Positions 41,111-56,689 of a DNA stretch of 64,000 bases are shown one piece after another (positions within the stretch are counted from its first letter, which is position 1; each line of letters starts with the position of its first letter). A program made the translations under genes and the position numbers. This DNA is from the human T2T-CHM13v2.0 reference genome, Homo sapiens. The notes beneath the pieces were generated by a model that was given only the letters and a program-made list of their open reading frames with translations, made no database searches and was not told the DNA's origin. The stretch lies in NCBI RefSeq assembly GCF_009914755.1, contig NC_060928.1. One strand, 5' to 3'.

Positions 41111-44100
41111 TATAAACATATATGTTTATATATGTGTGTGTATACACACACGCACACTTCTTTATTATCCTTTGGATTAGATCATTAAAATTGATTCAAA
41201 GAAAAATCTTCTTCCCAAAATACTATTCTCAAACTCTTTTGGGAAGATCTGATTCTACCTGAATTCATTCATTGTTATCTGCATTTGGATTTTCCCCTGA
41301 TACTCATTTCTAGCTCTTATTATTTACCTTTAAAGCCATCCATTACTCCTTACTTTTGCAAAATTTAAAGTTAAATTTTACCTATTTTTTCTATTGTTAT
41401 TGCATTTTCCTTTGAGAATATGGCCACTTTACTGTTTCTCTTATAGTATTAGTTAATTAATACTCTTAGGCTTCCACAAATTTGAAAAATTGTAGCTGTA
41501 AATGGTTTTACAAAAATTACTTATATTGCTATTTTAGTATTTTACTTAGAATGTAGAAAGAATGCCATAACTGAAACCAGTATTAATTTAAGTAACCTTT
41601 CACAACTCTAGATAATTTTCCAGGCTTTTTAAAGACAGGCATTAAAAATAAATACACATGTGCACACACTCAACGTGTACACACACAGCCCACACACAAA
41701 CATACACGAAGTAATTTTTATGAAAGTTTCTTTTGACTTCCCTTACACAATGCTTGTATTTCTTCTACCATGGGGTTTTACAATTGCTACAATCAATAGA
41801 AGTGTTTCAGATGATTATATTTAATTGTTTTCTACCAAAGTCGTCCACCATTATTTACTGATATATTTAAAGAAAATGTATTATGACATGCAATGATTCA
41901 ACTTCTCAATAATTGGCACAATAAAACAAATACATTGAAAGCTAAATAAAATAATAATAAAAATGTCGTGTTGTGTAAAATTAAAAATATAACCAAACTT
42001 CATGGTTAAAAAATTGATACAACTAACAATTTATTTCATGCAGTCAACAGCAATTTAGTATGCGGCTGACTACAAAATGTTAGTCACTGACAAAAAAAGT
42101 CTATACAGAGAGAAATCTGAGTAACTTTCATGGGTATATAAATTATGAAAATAGAAATGTATGAAATGTTAAACTTTTTTTCATATTTTACAATGTGCTT
42201 TAACAATGTGTTTTATTATAGCAATCATTCTAGTCTTTATTTAATTAAATATTGAGTCAAAGCAGAGGCTCTCTATGGTAAGAAGAAAAAAAAAACAACT
42301 TTTAATTTAACTCATGTGAATGCTGGTCTTTATTCATTATTCGTTAAGTCCTTAATATGACACTGGCTTTCAATTGATGAAGTGCAGGCCTCTTTCCAAA
42401 TAGTGACCACATGTTCGTGGAATGTCCAGGCCACATTGCTGTGCCACAGGTAATAATTACAACAACATTTATCCAAGTGGCTGTCTGCAAAAGAGCCATG
42501 TGTACCTTCTCCTCTCTGATCGTTATAAATGGAAAGAGACTAGAAAATTAAAGTAAAATTTCAGGGATGAAGGGACAGAACAATATATTAATCTATTTCC
42601 AGCTGGCTTAGTGTAACCACTAAGTCTTACTTTGAAGCAAGCAAAGAACCTATCCTTAGGGAGAAAAGATTTAACATAAAGGAGCATTTCATAAGTCTCT
42701 CGTCTTCCGTGGAATATTTGTTTCTTAAATTTTTCATTCTTTGTAGTAGTAGAATTTAAAGACTTCCAACTAGTCTTTGAAACTGATATGGTTTTAAAGC
42801 TGTTAGTCTCAAGTGCAGGAGTTTACATCATTATTAAAGCATTTTTTATTGTGATACACAATTTCTATAAATTACTCTGGTATTTCTATAACCAAATGTC
42901 GCCAAATATATTTTATCCCTTCACCTAAAATATTTTCCTTGCCAAAGTGTATATGTTTAACAAAAATATTATTCTTTCATATCAAAATTTTAATTCAATG
43001 CCAAGGTGAAGGCATTATCTAACATTTATATGTATAGATTATGTAATTAGACAAAACATTCAGAATAAACATTCAGGGTGAGTATCTCCCATCCCAATTT
43101 ACAGTGAAGTAACTTTTGCTATTGTTGAAAATATGATACTTTTTAAACATTTCTCTGCCTTCCAAACTTTAATTTATTGAGGAGATAATTTTAAAGAATT
43201 TTTAAAGCTAATTCTAGTTTATTTTTTTAATAATATATACAGCCTTTACTTGTAAATTTATGGTAAATACACAGAAAACCAATGATAAATATCTTTTAAT
43301 CTCTCTCCTATTAGTTTTTAATATTATCTCTACATAAATAACTTACAGTTTGACTATTAAAATCACACACACAAACACAGACACACATTTCATCCTATAA
43401 TTGCAGCTGAAGTAATCTAATTACAGTATCAAATTTAAGTGTATGTGCTTTCTAGCAATTAGACTTTGAAAGTTCAATTTTAAGTGTATGAAACATTCAT
43501 TCCAATTATCATCGAATATTGGCAAAGTCCTCTCATTTGAATGATGCTACCATTCTAAAGAGGAGAGGAGGCAGCCAGGAAGCTGCCATAAAGAGGGGAA
43601 GTGCTTTGTCTTGTAACATTGCTGAGGCTTGTGGAGTTGGGCAAAATGAGCACTGGAGTTAAATCAGCATAAATGGTTATACATATTCAACTTAAGTAAG
43701 ACTTTGAATACTTATTAACCACTTTTTAAACCTATGTAATAACAAAGAAAGACTTTTTAAATTTTTAAAATTTTATAAAATTTGCTCTTGTATTTTTTTG
43801 GCTTCCTTCTCTTTAAAACAAGGAAAAGAGAATTCTTAAGTAGATTAATCCAGATTTCTACATATAAGTATTTTATATTGTTTACAGACTTTATAGAAGC
43901 TTACATATATGTTTTTCCTTTTGTATTTCCTTCTCCTTTCTTTTTCGTGTAATTAATTCTTACTCATGGGTGTCAGTCTTACAGTAAAAAAGAAAAATGA
44001 AATTGTTATATGTCTTAATTTGATTCCAACTTGTCACCTCAGTCATACTTCATGATGTGACTAAGCCTTAATTAAGTTGGGTGGTGTGTAGGAATATTAA

Positions 44101-45669
44101 TAACTACCTGTATAAAAAATAAAATACCCCTTTACAAATTAGGGCTTCAGAAATATTTCGCATCTTACAATCAATTCTGTTCCTTGAAAATTGTGGAACT
44201 AGTAACTTTTAACTATTGTTTCCCAAGCAGTATACAATAAGATTCTTTCTGTTCCTTTTCAACATGTCATCATTTTGAATGCCTGTGACAGCTTTGTGCA
44301 ATACTTGTACTTGCTTACAATTTTATTATTTTTATTAAACAATAGGGGAAACAAGAAGAATCCTAGATGTCTCAATGAGATGAAGAATTGCCTACTGTTT
44401 ATCACCCTGACCCAGTCTTTCTCCCCAAGACAAGGTAATGAAAAAGATAATATCACCTCCTTGCTTTTAAGAAACCCGAAGTAATCCTCATGAAGTTTGG
44501 CTATGAAAAGCACTCATGGGTTCTGAACATTTGGAATAAAAAAGAAAAATATCTTCAGTAGAAGGCTAAAGATAATATTTGAATATTTTTACATATTATC
44601 TCAGGTAGAAAAAACGGAATTCCAAAATAACCTCTTGAAAGATCTCTTCAGGAACAGAAATTTTTATATCATTCTTTAAAAAATAACCCATGTAGACTTC
44701 ACTCAGAAAAAGGCATTATCCATTACTTTTTACAAGGTTATTAAAACACTTTCTCCTAGGATTCCTATGGGTCCCTCATGAGATAATGTAATTGAAAATA
44801 TCTAGCTGATGCTTGACACATAGAAGGCACTCAAATACTAGTTTATGTCTCCATGATCAACTGAGATATTCACTTCTTTGCACAAACATTCAGGAAATAC
44901 TGGTTTTTTATGCTTTACTTATTTTAAAATATATGCCATCACTTCATTCTGAAGTCAGAAGACACACTGTATGACCAACTCTTTTTAAAAATGAAAAAAA
45001 GGTCAAGCCATGAAATCTAAGTGAATAATTAGGAAAACCCTGAGTTAGAAAAACTGTTATTTTTCTAATTATTGGCCTTGAATCAGTTTTTAGCCTTGTC
45101 CCTTTTTCTTGATTTATCAGTCTCACAACACCGGGAACCTATTCTATGTCTGGAACCTCTATAGTGTCCTGCATAGCTTGCAATACACGTGCCCATTTAC
45201 TATTTTCTAGTAAGTATTAAGCTAATGGTACATAAAATAATGCTAAGATTGTGCCTTTGGATTCTTGAGGAAATAGAACAATGGAACTATCCTCAAAAAC
45301 AGGAGTATCAGGAGTGGGTGGGAAGAAGGCAATCACGCCAGAAAGAAAAAAATATAGGAATTCTGCCTAGCATTGTGATATTATATGCATTTTTGGGAAA
45401 TACAGTTTTTTTATTTTTCTCCAGTAAAAATACATGTCTCTGTAAATAACGTGTCCAGAATTATTTCTATATTATTCTTTTCTAAAACAGTAAACAAATG
45501 AACTAAGGCAAATATATTGAAGTTTTTATTAGCTCCCCTGCTTGATCCTTATATATAAGCTTCTGCTGTTTCTTTTAAGTCCTCAATATGTGGGCTGCCC
45601 TGTTGCTTTTCAAAGAACCTTCTTATAATAGAAAATGTTTAATTGAAATCAGCATAATTAAGTAAAAGG

Positions 45670-45985
<316 letters not shown>

Positions 45986-46926
45986 AAGGGAATTTATTCC
46001 TACTCACTTTTATTAGCATCTGTATAACAATTATTTTATACCCATCGAGCACTAAAATGTTGACTTAAATCACTTTTACAGTTTTCTATAAACGGCAGTA
46101 CTCACCTTGCTTTAAATATATAAAATGAGTCAATTATTTATTGAAATTGCAAGTTCTTTGAGGTTGAAGGGTTTCATAAAATTTTTCTAATAGCTTCACT
46201 GGTTGGAACAAAATGTTATACTCTAAATATTCAGTTCTTAGAAGATGATGGAAATTTCCAAAAAAAAATGTCAATATTCTGATTAAAATTGGTGGGCAAA
46301 AGAGCTTCTGCTTTGAAAACCATGCCTATGTAATTAGTGGGAAAAAAAGATATTTTATATTCTTGGCTCTCTGTGCCTCTCAAGTGAACATATGGAACTC
46401 AATATGGGATTAAATCAAATACTGAATGTGCAATAACTCTCCTCTACCTCAGTTTTTCTCTTTCAATCTATTTATTTTCCTTTTAACCCAGATTGAATCT
46501 CTCCATATGCCGGTTCACATTTTAAAATAGCAACACGTTCTCTTAGATTGCTTTTATGTTACGCTAAAAATCCTAGGGTAAATGTCATTAACTGTAGTTT
46601 TAACCATTAATCTCAGCCCCTCATTATACAATAGATTTTCTATAGAATTTTCTCTATATTTGTAATTATGACTAATTTAACTCTCAATAAGGAAAACTTT
46701 TCAGAATCCTTTAAGTGTCATGATTTATCTTAAGCAATACTAACCAGCAAGAGGGAAACTTGAAGTAGTAATAGTTGGAGGTCAAGCCAAATGTTAATTT
46801 GCCTACTTATAACTTTTGTTAAAGTTATAACAAAGAAATTGTATTTGAATAAAAGTTATATATCTGTTTAAAGTATTGAAGTCTAAGAAAAGACAGTAAT
46901 GTAAGCACAAAAGAGAATAAAGGAAA

Positions 46927-46972
46927 ATTACTTTTAATGGCAAAAACTACAATAAGTTTTGCACCAACCTAA
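46927..46972. mobile_element. Half MADE1 (Hsmar1-derived MITE)
   Basis: attacttttaatggcaaaaactacaataagttttgcaccaacctaa followed by TA. Confidence 0.85.
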
Positions 46973-49113
46973 TAGCTGTTTTGATTGTTATATGATAATA
47001 TCAAATGACATTGAAATAAAATTAGCAATTTTGGAAGTATTGTGTGACTACATAATTTTGCTGCACTAATGTAGATACACAAATTATATATATTTTATGT
47101 ATGTTATTGATAATATTTCATTCTGCATACTTAAACCTGCTGTACAAAAATGTACAAGGTGTACTTTATTGCTTGGAAAAACATATGCAGCTACTGTTTC
47201 TTTAAAAATAAAACAAATGAATGTATAAATTTAAGTTCTTCAACAGGTGTTAAAGGGGGACCCCATATTTCAGGGTTCTTCTACAAAAACTTATTTCTAC
47301 CTAGGCTTCAGATCTTATAAATATCAGCTCCCAGGAGAATATAATATAATACACTCCATTGAAATACCAGACCCAGAGAGCTAACCAGAAAAATTTTATG
47401 AAATTTTTACTCAAACAAAGGCACATACCAACATAAATATCAAGCAAACAATCGAACACTCAGGAAGTACTGACAGGTAAACAAATATGTGAACTTATTT
47501 GGCAGGAGATGACAGAATCTTTAACTGAATAAATAAATTACTCTAGAAGGCTCATGCACTGATTACAGAAATGGGACCAGGTGAATCAGTTTATTGCCCT
47601 CTTCTTCAACCTGTGTTGTAGGCCAATCAAATTGAGCTCTCAATGCTAAACTCTTAACAAACATTAGTGCACAGTTGGGTACAGAAGGAAATGATAAAAG
47701 TATGAACACACTTCTGTCTGTTTTATTCTTGCTCACTTGACCTCAAGACAACAGGTAATCAAAATTGATTGTAATGTTCCTTAGAATTGTGACCTGTGGA
47801 AAGCAATATATTAGCAATATTATGTTGATGGCATGTCTTGGTGTATGACTTCTCCTCTTCTGGAACCTCATTTTCAAATCTGGCTTTGCAGTGATTAAGT
47901 TGGATTGCTTTTCACCATAAACATTTACATCTTGCATACGATAGCCACTCCATCCCCCAAACCAGAGCTTAGCTCTTTTGGAGTGCTGTGCCTCTCCTGT
48001 CATGGTAAGGCACTGCCCCATTAATTCATGTCTTCAACGCTGTTAAGACAGCAGGGGTAGAGACAGACTTCCCTTTGGCTTCTTTACTCTGAAAGCACAC
48101 TCAGAGGAGCAAACTGTGTGTATCTGTATGTCTGTGCAAACTAAATTATTAGTTAAATTTCTTAGAAGACTTAAAGATAAATTCAGGAATCTTAAATAGC
48201 AAAACATTATTGTAAACAGGAAATTCTACCCAGTATTAAATTAATTCTAACTATATAACACATTACCAAGACATATTGATATCTCAATATTTAGTCTGTG
48301 TCTCATTTCCAAACTGAAATGATAATAAAAAATATTTTATACCTAGATAGTTATTTGCATTCCTTTCCTTCTAAAGTGAAATAATCAGAAACAGAATTTA
48401 AAGGACTTTCACACATTAATAAGTGCACTCAGAAAAATAGATAAAAACATAACTTCTTAATGTTGAAATCAGGAAAAAAGTCTCTAGAGAAGCTATGTAG
48501 TCCCTTATATCATATGTTATTAAAAGTTTGAAGTTATTTCTTAAGCAAATTTATTATTAAGAGGCATGTTTTGAAAAGGGAGTAGGGCAAATATGAAATA
48601 AAAGAACAAAGCATTAGTTCAAAAAGGATTCATTTGACTGGAAACCTAGAATTATTAAGTTAAATACTTCCTCTTGGAGTTTATCAAGTATACTTTCTGG
48701 AATTGTAAATTACTTACACTCTCTATGATGAAACTAGCTCATCACTAGCCATTCTAGAGACAAATCATAGATGAATGTTGTCTTATGTACATTTCAAGAT
48801 AGAGTAAAATTTTGCCAATATAAAGAGATTTCCAAGTCATCAATAGCTCTCAACTAGTTAGTGTCATAACAAAATTATCAACAATTTACACTCAGCACCA
48901 TTCCCATTACTAGATATTTGGGATTGCTGTGTTTTTGCAAACACCCACACAGCAGGAGGCCTATGCTACTTTATGATCTAATCAGTTGAATGGTAGTTTG
49001 GAATTAAATTAATGCATAATAAGGTTAGCAATTGTATTCTTTTTTTGAGCTCTACAGATTGCCTAATTCTGATAAAATCTATGACATTCTTATGTTTGAA
49101 TTATTATATGTAA

Positions 49114-49460
<347 letters not shown>

Positions 49461-51998
49461 TATTTTCAAATCATAATATATGTATATTACTTATGTTTTT
49501 ATTAGTTATAATTCTACTTACATAGTAATGCAATTTTACTAGCAATACATTAGTATCATGGAAACATGTTTTTCAAACTCTCTTCTAAGGATATACCTTA
49601 ATTGTAAGGTTATTTAGAAATTAATTTCTCATCGACAGTTCATAGAAATATCTGACATAAATGGAAACATCATTATTTAGAAAAAGTTAATTTTCTTGTG
49701 TAATTTATAAATTGAGTAAATGTAAAAATGATATTTAGAATTCTTATTCAGAGATAATATCTAATCTCTTTCAGAAATTAAAAACTGCGTCTGGGTAGAA
49801 GCAAACATCTGAAATCAGAAGGCACACAATAAACTTGAAATTCTCCATTCCTCTTATTTCTTACAAAGCTGTTTTGACATTTGGAGAAAAACCTAAGCAG
49901 GAAAAAAAGCATAGGATTGTAATCAAGTCAATGGATAATATTCACCCAAGTCATTATAAAAGTAGTGCTAGACCTTCTGAGTTTGCATTTCAGCATATAT
50001 GTATGAGGCATCTATTCCGAAATAGCTCAAAGGTGGCTTTTCTTTTTTGTAGAGACATCATATTGCACAAAATCTTGAGTATGACTCTTTTGATTATGTC
50101 AAGGGGAAATAAGAATATTTTAAGAACCCTTCTCTGAAGATTTATAACGCACATTAGCTTGATAAAATTGCTGAAATACATGTTGTTTAGAAATCTGTTA
50201 AGTGCTGTTTAATCCAACATTTCCTAAACACATTTTCTAACAATTTTACATTCTACGCAAAATCTCTCAAGGCCTTGATCATTTCCAAACTCTTTAGGAA
50301 GCACTACTTTAGAAAATAATTTCCACAAATATTTCAGAAGCTACTCAAAGAAAGTGCATTTAGAAATGACGCAGCTGTATTCTTAGTGAGATTATTTGCC
50401 TTTTTCTAAATGTATAAATAGTTCCTGGGTTAAAAATGCAATCTAAATAAAATATAAAAATGCAACCCCCTTTTTTCAAGATGGCTGACTGGAGACATCA
50501 GAGGCCAGTTCTCTTTAGAAAGAACCAAAGTTACAGGTGAATAATTACAACTGAAATAGATTAAGGGGAGAGTGCTCACAGGAATAAAACAGGACACAGA
50601 AAAAAGAAGGAAGCAAGGGTGTGACAGAGATTGAATCCCGAGGCACCTAGCGTGCTGTGGAAAGGCTAGATAGCAGTGTCCTTGACTCCCCCTCACCCCT
50701 GTGGCAGACTGCTGGTCTCCAAACTGTCAAAAGTCTCCTTTACCCCTGTGAGCCCAGGCACTGGTGTAGGAGGTAATTTGGGAAATTTTTGGAGGGCAAT
50801 GCACTACACAACCAGCTCTCACAGGATCATCCACCCTTCCCCTACATCCGAGCTGCAGCAGTAGGCATCATACTGGGTGCACACACATTGTGGAAAGTTG
50901 TCTTGCCCAGGGAATCTCAGCCCTTGTGTGTCCACATTACCAAATCCCTGAGATACTCTCCAGTGCCCATTTGTATTCCAGCAACCACACGGGGTCACTG
51001 GACCCAGGGGAGCTGTGAAACTACTGGTGGTCTGGCCCTTGTGGTGTGATGCTCCTATTGGAAGATAGACTGCAGGGTGCAAAGGAAGTGCCCCTTGGTT
51101 CAAAGGAAATCAGAGCACCTGCTCTCTTGTGCCTGAGAGTTCCCCACTGTGGACTGGATGTGATTGTACTCCTTCCAGCAGAGATATGAGTGGAGAAGTG
51201 TGGTTTCACCCAAGGGGCCAGGTGGCACCAGTGCTCAGGCACAGTAGTGGAGAGGGAGACTCCTCCCTTCTCCATGCACACTGAAGATAACACAGCTGTG
51301 GCTGCTTACACAGGGTGGGCAGACTTGTGTCTCTGAAGAGGGCCATTCCAGGGCTATTAGGTGGGTGGCAGCACCCCTTTTGGCAATGGGCCTACCAGGC
51401 CTATTTTTGCAGAAAAGTAGGGGCCTTTCTCCTCTCTACATGGAGCAGCAGCGTCTCTGCAGCATAGAACAAGTGAGCCACAGAGCTGTCTTTGGGGCTG
51501 AGGGAAGAGACTCCATCTTGAAGCCATTTTGACACAGCTTCGGGACAGGTGTGTTCTGTGGCTCTCAGGTACATTGTGTCCTAGAGATATACTGCAGTGT
51601 CTGTCTGAACTGAAAGATGCGAGCCCCAGGACAGGGGTGTGATAGGGAAGCCAATGGCGTTCCTGCCTTCCCATGACGTGGAGTTGGTATAGCCATGTCC
51701 CCCCAAACAGAGACCTCAGCTCATTTCACCAGGAACTCCCCCTGCCACCCTCCACAGGGATGGTGCTTATGCTCCTCACTGATGTATAACCAAGCTTCAT
51801 CTCCCATCCTGAGGGTGAGCAGAGAACTCAGGACACAGGGCATTCCACAGACAAGCCTATGGCATGAGGCAACAGAGAGCTCCCCCAAGTAAACAAAGAT
51901 CAGGTTTATACCCATCATCCTCTTCCACAGCTGTCTGTCACCTGCAATCACCACCTACTGGCCTGCAGTAGAACTGCATTACCCAATACAAAATTTGC

Positions 51999-52533
<535 letters not shown>

Positions 52534-55500
52534 TTATAGTCACAACCTCAGGAAAAATTTTCATCCAAATGAAAGTAAATTCAAAAATAAGTGACAGCTT
52601 CTCTAGATGAGAATAAACCAGCATAACAATCCTGGCAATGCAGTAAGAGCAGGAGACTTCAGCACTCAACTGACAGCACCAGACAGATCATCAAGGCAGA
52701 AAAGCAACAAAGAAACTCTGGACTTAAATTGGACTCTAGACTAAGTAGACCTAACAGCATTTACGTAACATTCTAACCTACAACCACAGAATATGTATTT
52801 TTCTCATCAGCAGATAAAATATTCTTATAAATGTACCCTATGAAAGTCTACAAGGCAAGTTTCAATAAATTTTTAAAAGTCAAAATCATATCAAACATCT
52901 TCTTGCATAACAGTGGAATAAAACTAGAAATGAATATTAGGAGGAACTCTCAAAACTACGGAATTGTAAAATTTGTCCCTAAATAATCTTTGGATAAACC
53001 CAGATAAAAATAGAGATACAGCCTTTGGTATATGGAAAAGCAGTATGAGGAAAGTTTATAAGGTTAAATGAGTACATCAAAAAAGTAGAAAAAGATCTCA
53101 AGTTAACAATGAAACATTGCACCTGAAGGAACTGGAATAGTAAGAACAAACAAAACCCAAAGCTAGAAGAAGAATGGAAATAACAAAGATCAAATCAAAA
53201 GTAAGTAACATTGAGATCAAAAAGCAATACAAAGGATCAAGAAAAAGATATATAAAATTGATAGGCCACTAGCTAGATTAACCAAGAAACAAAGAAGATT
53301 CAAATAAGCACAATCAGAAACAATAGAGGTGACATTACAACTGATACCACAGAAATAAAAAAGATTATCGGAGAAAACTATGAGCTTCTCTAAATGCACA
53401 AACTAGAAAATCTAGAGGAAATGGATAAACTCCTGGAAACATAGACACTCTCAAGATTGAACAAGGAGTAAGCAGAACTCCTAAAGAGACCAGTAACTTA
53501 AATTGAATTAGTAATAATAGTAAAGAAGTCTCCCAACAGAAAAAAGCTCAGGACCAAATTTACAGCCAAATCCTACCATGTGTACAAAGAAGAACTGGTA
53601 TCAATCCTAATGAAATGGTTTCAAAAAGTTAAAGAGGAGAGAATCCTTCTTGACTCATTCTACAAGGACAGTATTGCCTGAATACCAAAGTTGAGTAAGG
53701 GCACAACATAAAAAGAAAACTAAAGGCCGATATCCCTGAGGAACATAGATGCAAAAATCCTCAACAAAAATACTAACTAACAAGCTACATTAAACAGCAC
53801 ATCAAAAAGATAAGACGCCATGATCAAGTGGGCTTTATTCCAGGGATACAAGGATGGTTCAACATATGCAAATAAATAAATGTGATTCATCACATAAAGA
53901 GAATTCAAAAGAAATCTATATGATCATCTCAAGTGATGCATAAAAAGCATTCAATATAAAAAACCCTCAACTAATTAAACATTGAAGGAGCATACCTCAA
54001 AATAATAAAAACCACATATGACAGACAAATCAACAGTCAACATCGTAATGAATGAGAAAAGTTAAAAGCCTTCCCCCTAATAACTGGAATAAGACAAAGA
54101 TGCCCACTTTTACCACTCCTATTCAAAATGATACTGCAAGTCCTATCCAGAACAATCAGGCAAGAGAAAGTAATAAAAGACACCCATATTGAAAAAGAAA
54201 AAGTCAAGTTATCTCTGTTCACTGGTGATATGATCTTATACCTATAAAGCCCTAAAGACTCCTCCAAAAGACTTCTAGATTTGCTAAATGACTTCAGTAA
54301 ACTTTTAGGACTCAAAATCAATGTACAAAAATCAGTAGCATTTCTATACACCAATAATGAGAAGCAAATCAAGAATTCAACCCTATTTACAATAGCTTCA
54401 AAAAAATTAAATACCTAATAATACATTTAATCAAGGTGAAAAATCTCTAGAGGGAGAATTGCAAAATACCCATGAGTGTATTTGTAGATAACACAAATGA
54501 ATGGAAAAACATCTCATGTTATGGAACAAAAGAATCAATATCATTAAAATGACCATCTTGCCCAAAGCAATCTGCAGACTTCATGCAGTCCCTATCAAAC
54601 TAGCAATGTAATTTTTCCCAGAATTCAAGAAAATAATTCTAAAGTTCATATGGAACCAAGAAACAGCCAAAGCAATCCTAAGCACAAAGTAGAAAGCTAG
54701 AGCCATCACATTACCTGACTTCAAATTTTATGACAAGGCTATGGTAACCAAAATAGCATGGTACTGATATAAAAATAGATATCTAGATCAATGGAACAGA
54801 ACAGATAACCCAGAAATAAAGCCACCTCCCACAATCAACCAATCTTCAACAAAGTTGACACAAATATGCCTTGGGAAAAGGACACCATTTTCAATAAATG
54901 GTGCTGGGAAAAATTGGATAGCCATAGGCAGCATAATATAACTGGACACCTATCTCTCATCATATACAAAAATTAACTCAAAATGGATAGAAGACTTAAA
55001 TGTAAGACCTGAAACTATAAAAATCCTAGAGGAAAACCTAAGAAAAACTCTTCTGGTTATTGGACTAGGCAAAGAATTGAAGATCTCAAAACAAGGGCAT
55101 CAAAAACAAAAACAAAAAATAGACAAATGAGACTTAATTAAACTTAAAAGCTTTTGCACCACAAAAGAAATAATGAATACAGTAAACAGACAATCTACCA
55201 AATGGGAAAAAATATTTGCATACCATGCATCTGACCAAGGGGTAATATCCAGAATCTACAAGGAACTCAACAACAACAAATAATTCCATTGTAAAGTGAG
55301 CAAAGGACGAGAACAGACATTTTTCAATAGAAGACATAAAAGTGGCCAGCAAACATATGAGAAAATATTCAATATCACTTTTTATCAGAGTAATGAAAGT
55401 CAAAACCACAATGAGATACCATCTTACATCAGTCTCAGGGACTATCATTAAAAAGTCAAAAAAACAACAGATATTGGCCAAGATGTGGAGAAAAGGAAAC

Positions 55501-56019
55501 ACTTACATACTGTTGATTGGAATGTAAATTAGCACAACCTCTACGGAAAACAGTATGGAGATCTCTCAAACAACTAAAGATAGACTTACCATTTGATTTA
55601 GCAATCCCACTACTGGGTATCTACCCAAAGGAAAAGAAATTATTATATAAAAAAAGTCACCTGCACTCTCGTATGTTTGTCATAGCGTTATTCACAATAG
55701 CAAAGTTGTAATATCAACCTAATAGTCCACCAAAGAATGATCAGATTTTAAAAAGTGGCACATACACACAATGGAATACTACTCAGTCATAAAAAAGAAG
55801 AAAATCACGTCTTTTGCTACAATGTGGATGGAACTGAAGGCTATAATCTTAAGTGAAGTAACTCAGAAACAGAAAGCCAAATATTGTATGTTCTCACTTA
55901 TAAGTGGAAGCTAAACAATAGATACACATGGACCTACAGAGTGTAATAATAGACTTTGAAGACTCCAAAAAGTGAAAGGGTGGGAGAGGGGTAAGGGAAG
56001 AGAGATTAACTCATCCCTT

Positions 56020-56172
56020 TATTGGGAATATTTATTATTATATTGGGTATATTATCATTGGCTATATTATTTTTGGGTATATTATTGGATATGTATCATT
56101 ATATTGGTATAATATACTATTGGGTATATTTTAAATATATTATCATTATATTTATTTATTATTGTATTGGGT
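56020..56172. repeat. AT-rich degenerate tandem expansion of TATTGGGTAT inside the L1 3'UTR
   Basis: About seven variants of tattgg(g)tat separated by TA-rich spacers. Confidence 0.85.
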
Positions 56173-56379
56173 ATAATGTACAATATTTAGGTTACATTTA
56201 CATTAAAAGCCCAGACTTCATTACACAGTAGATCTATGTAAAAAAATGCACTTGTATCCCCTAAATGTATAAAAATAAAAATAAAATAAAATTGCAATCT
56301 TAAAGGAAATAGATGACATACTATACTTAAAACATGTAGTAAGTTGTATATGACATATTGATTATGTATTACTATTCTG

Positions 56380-56583
56380 AGCATAATATATTTTATTTTA
56401 CCTAATATATCAAAAATATTTCGATGTGCAATCAATATAAAGTATTGAGATATTTAAAATCATTTTTCAAACTATGTTTTCAAAATGTAGTGTTTATTTT
56501 CACATTTACAGCACATCTCAATCCAGCATAGCCACATTTCAAGGGCTTGATAGCCACTTGTGATTAGTGGTTATTGGGCAGCT
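56380..56583. mobile_element. MER33-like hAT-Charlie fragment
   Basis: tttacagcacatctcaat...tagccacatttcaagggcttgatagccacttgtgattagtgg. Confidence 0.75.
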
Positions 56584-56689
56584 AATCTCTGCTTTATGCA
56601 GCTATCCATTTTATTTACATGCTTAAAAATTAAACTGTTCTTCAATCACATTAATTTTTTGATAAATTGAAAACAAATAGTAGCTTCAG

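Noticed and set aside
43768-43783. 16-bp palindrome aaattttataaaattt
   Set aside because: A/T-only and expected by chance in this composition
50430-51954. GC-rich stretch with many ORFs resembling a gene or promoter island
   Set aside because: It is the CpG-depleted L1PB 5'UTR, bounded by the L1 start motif and TSD
56020-56172. CRISPR-like repeat-spacer array
   Set aside because: Short, irregular, low-complexity units inside a primate L1; no cas genes; eukaryotic DNA
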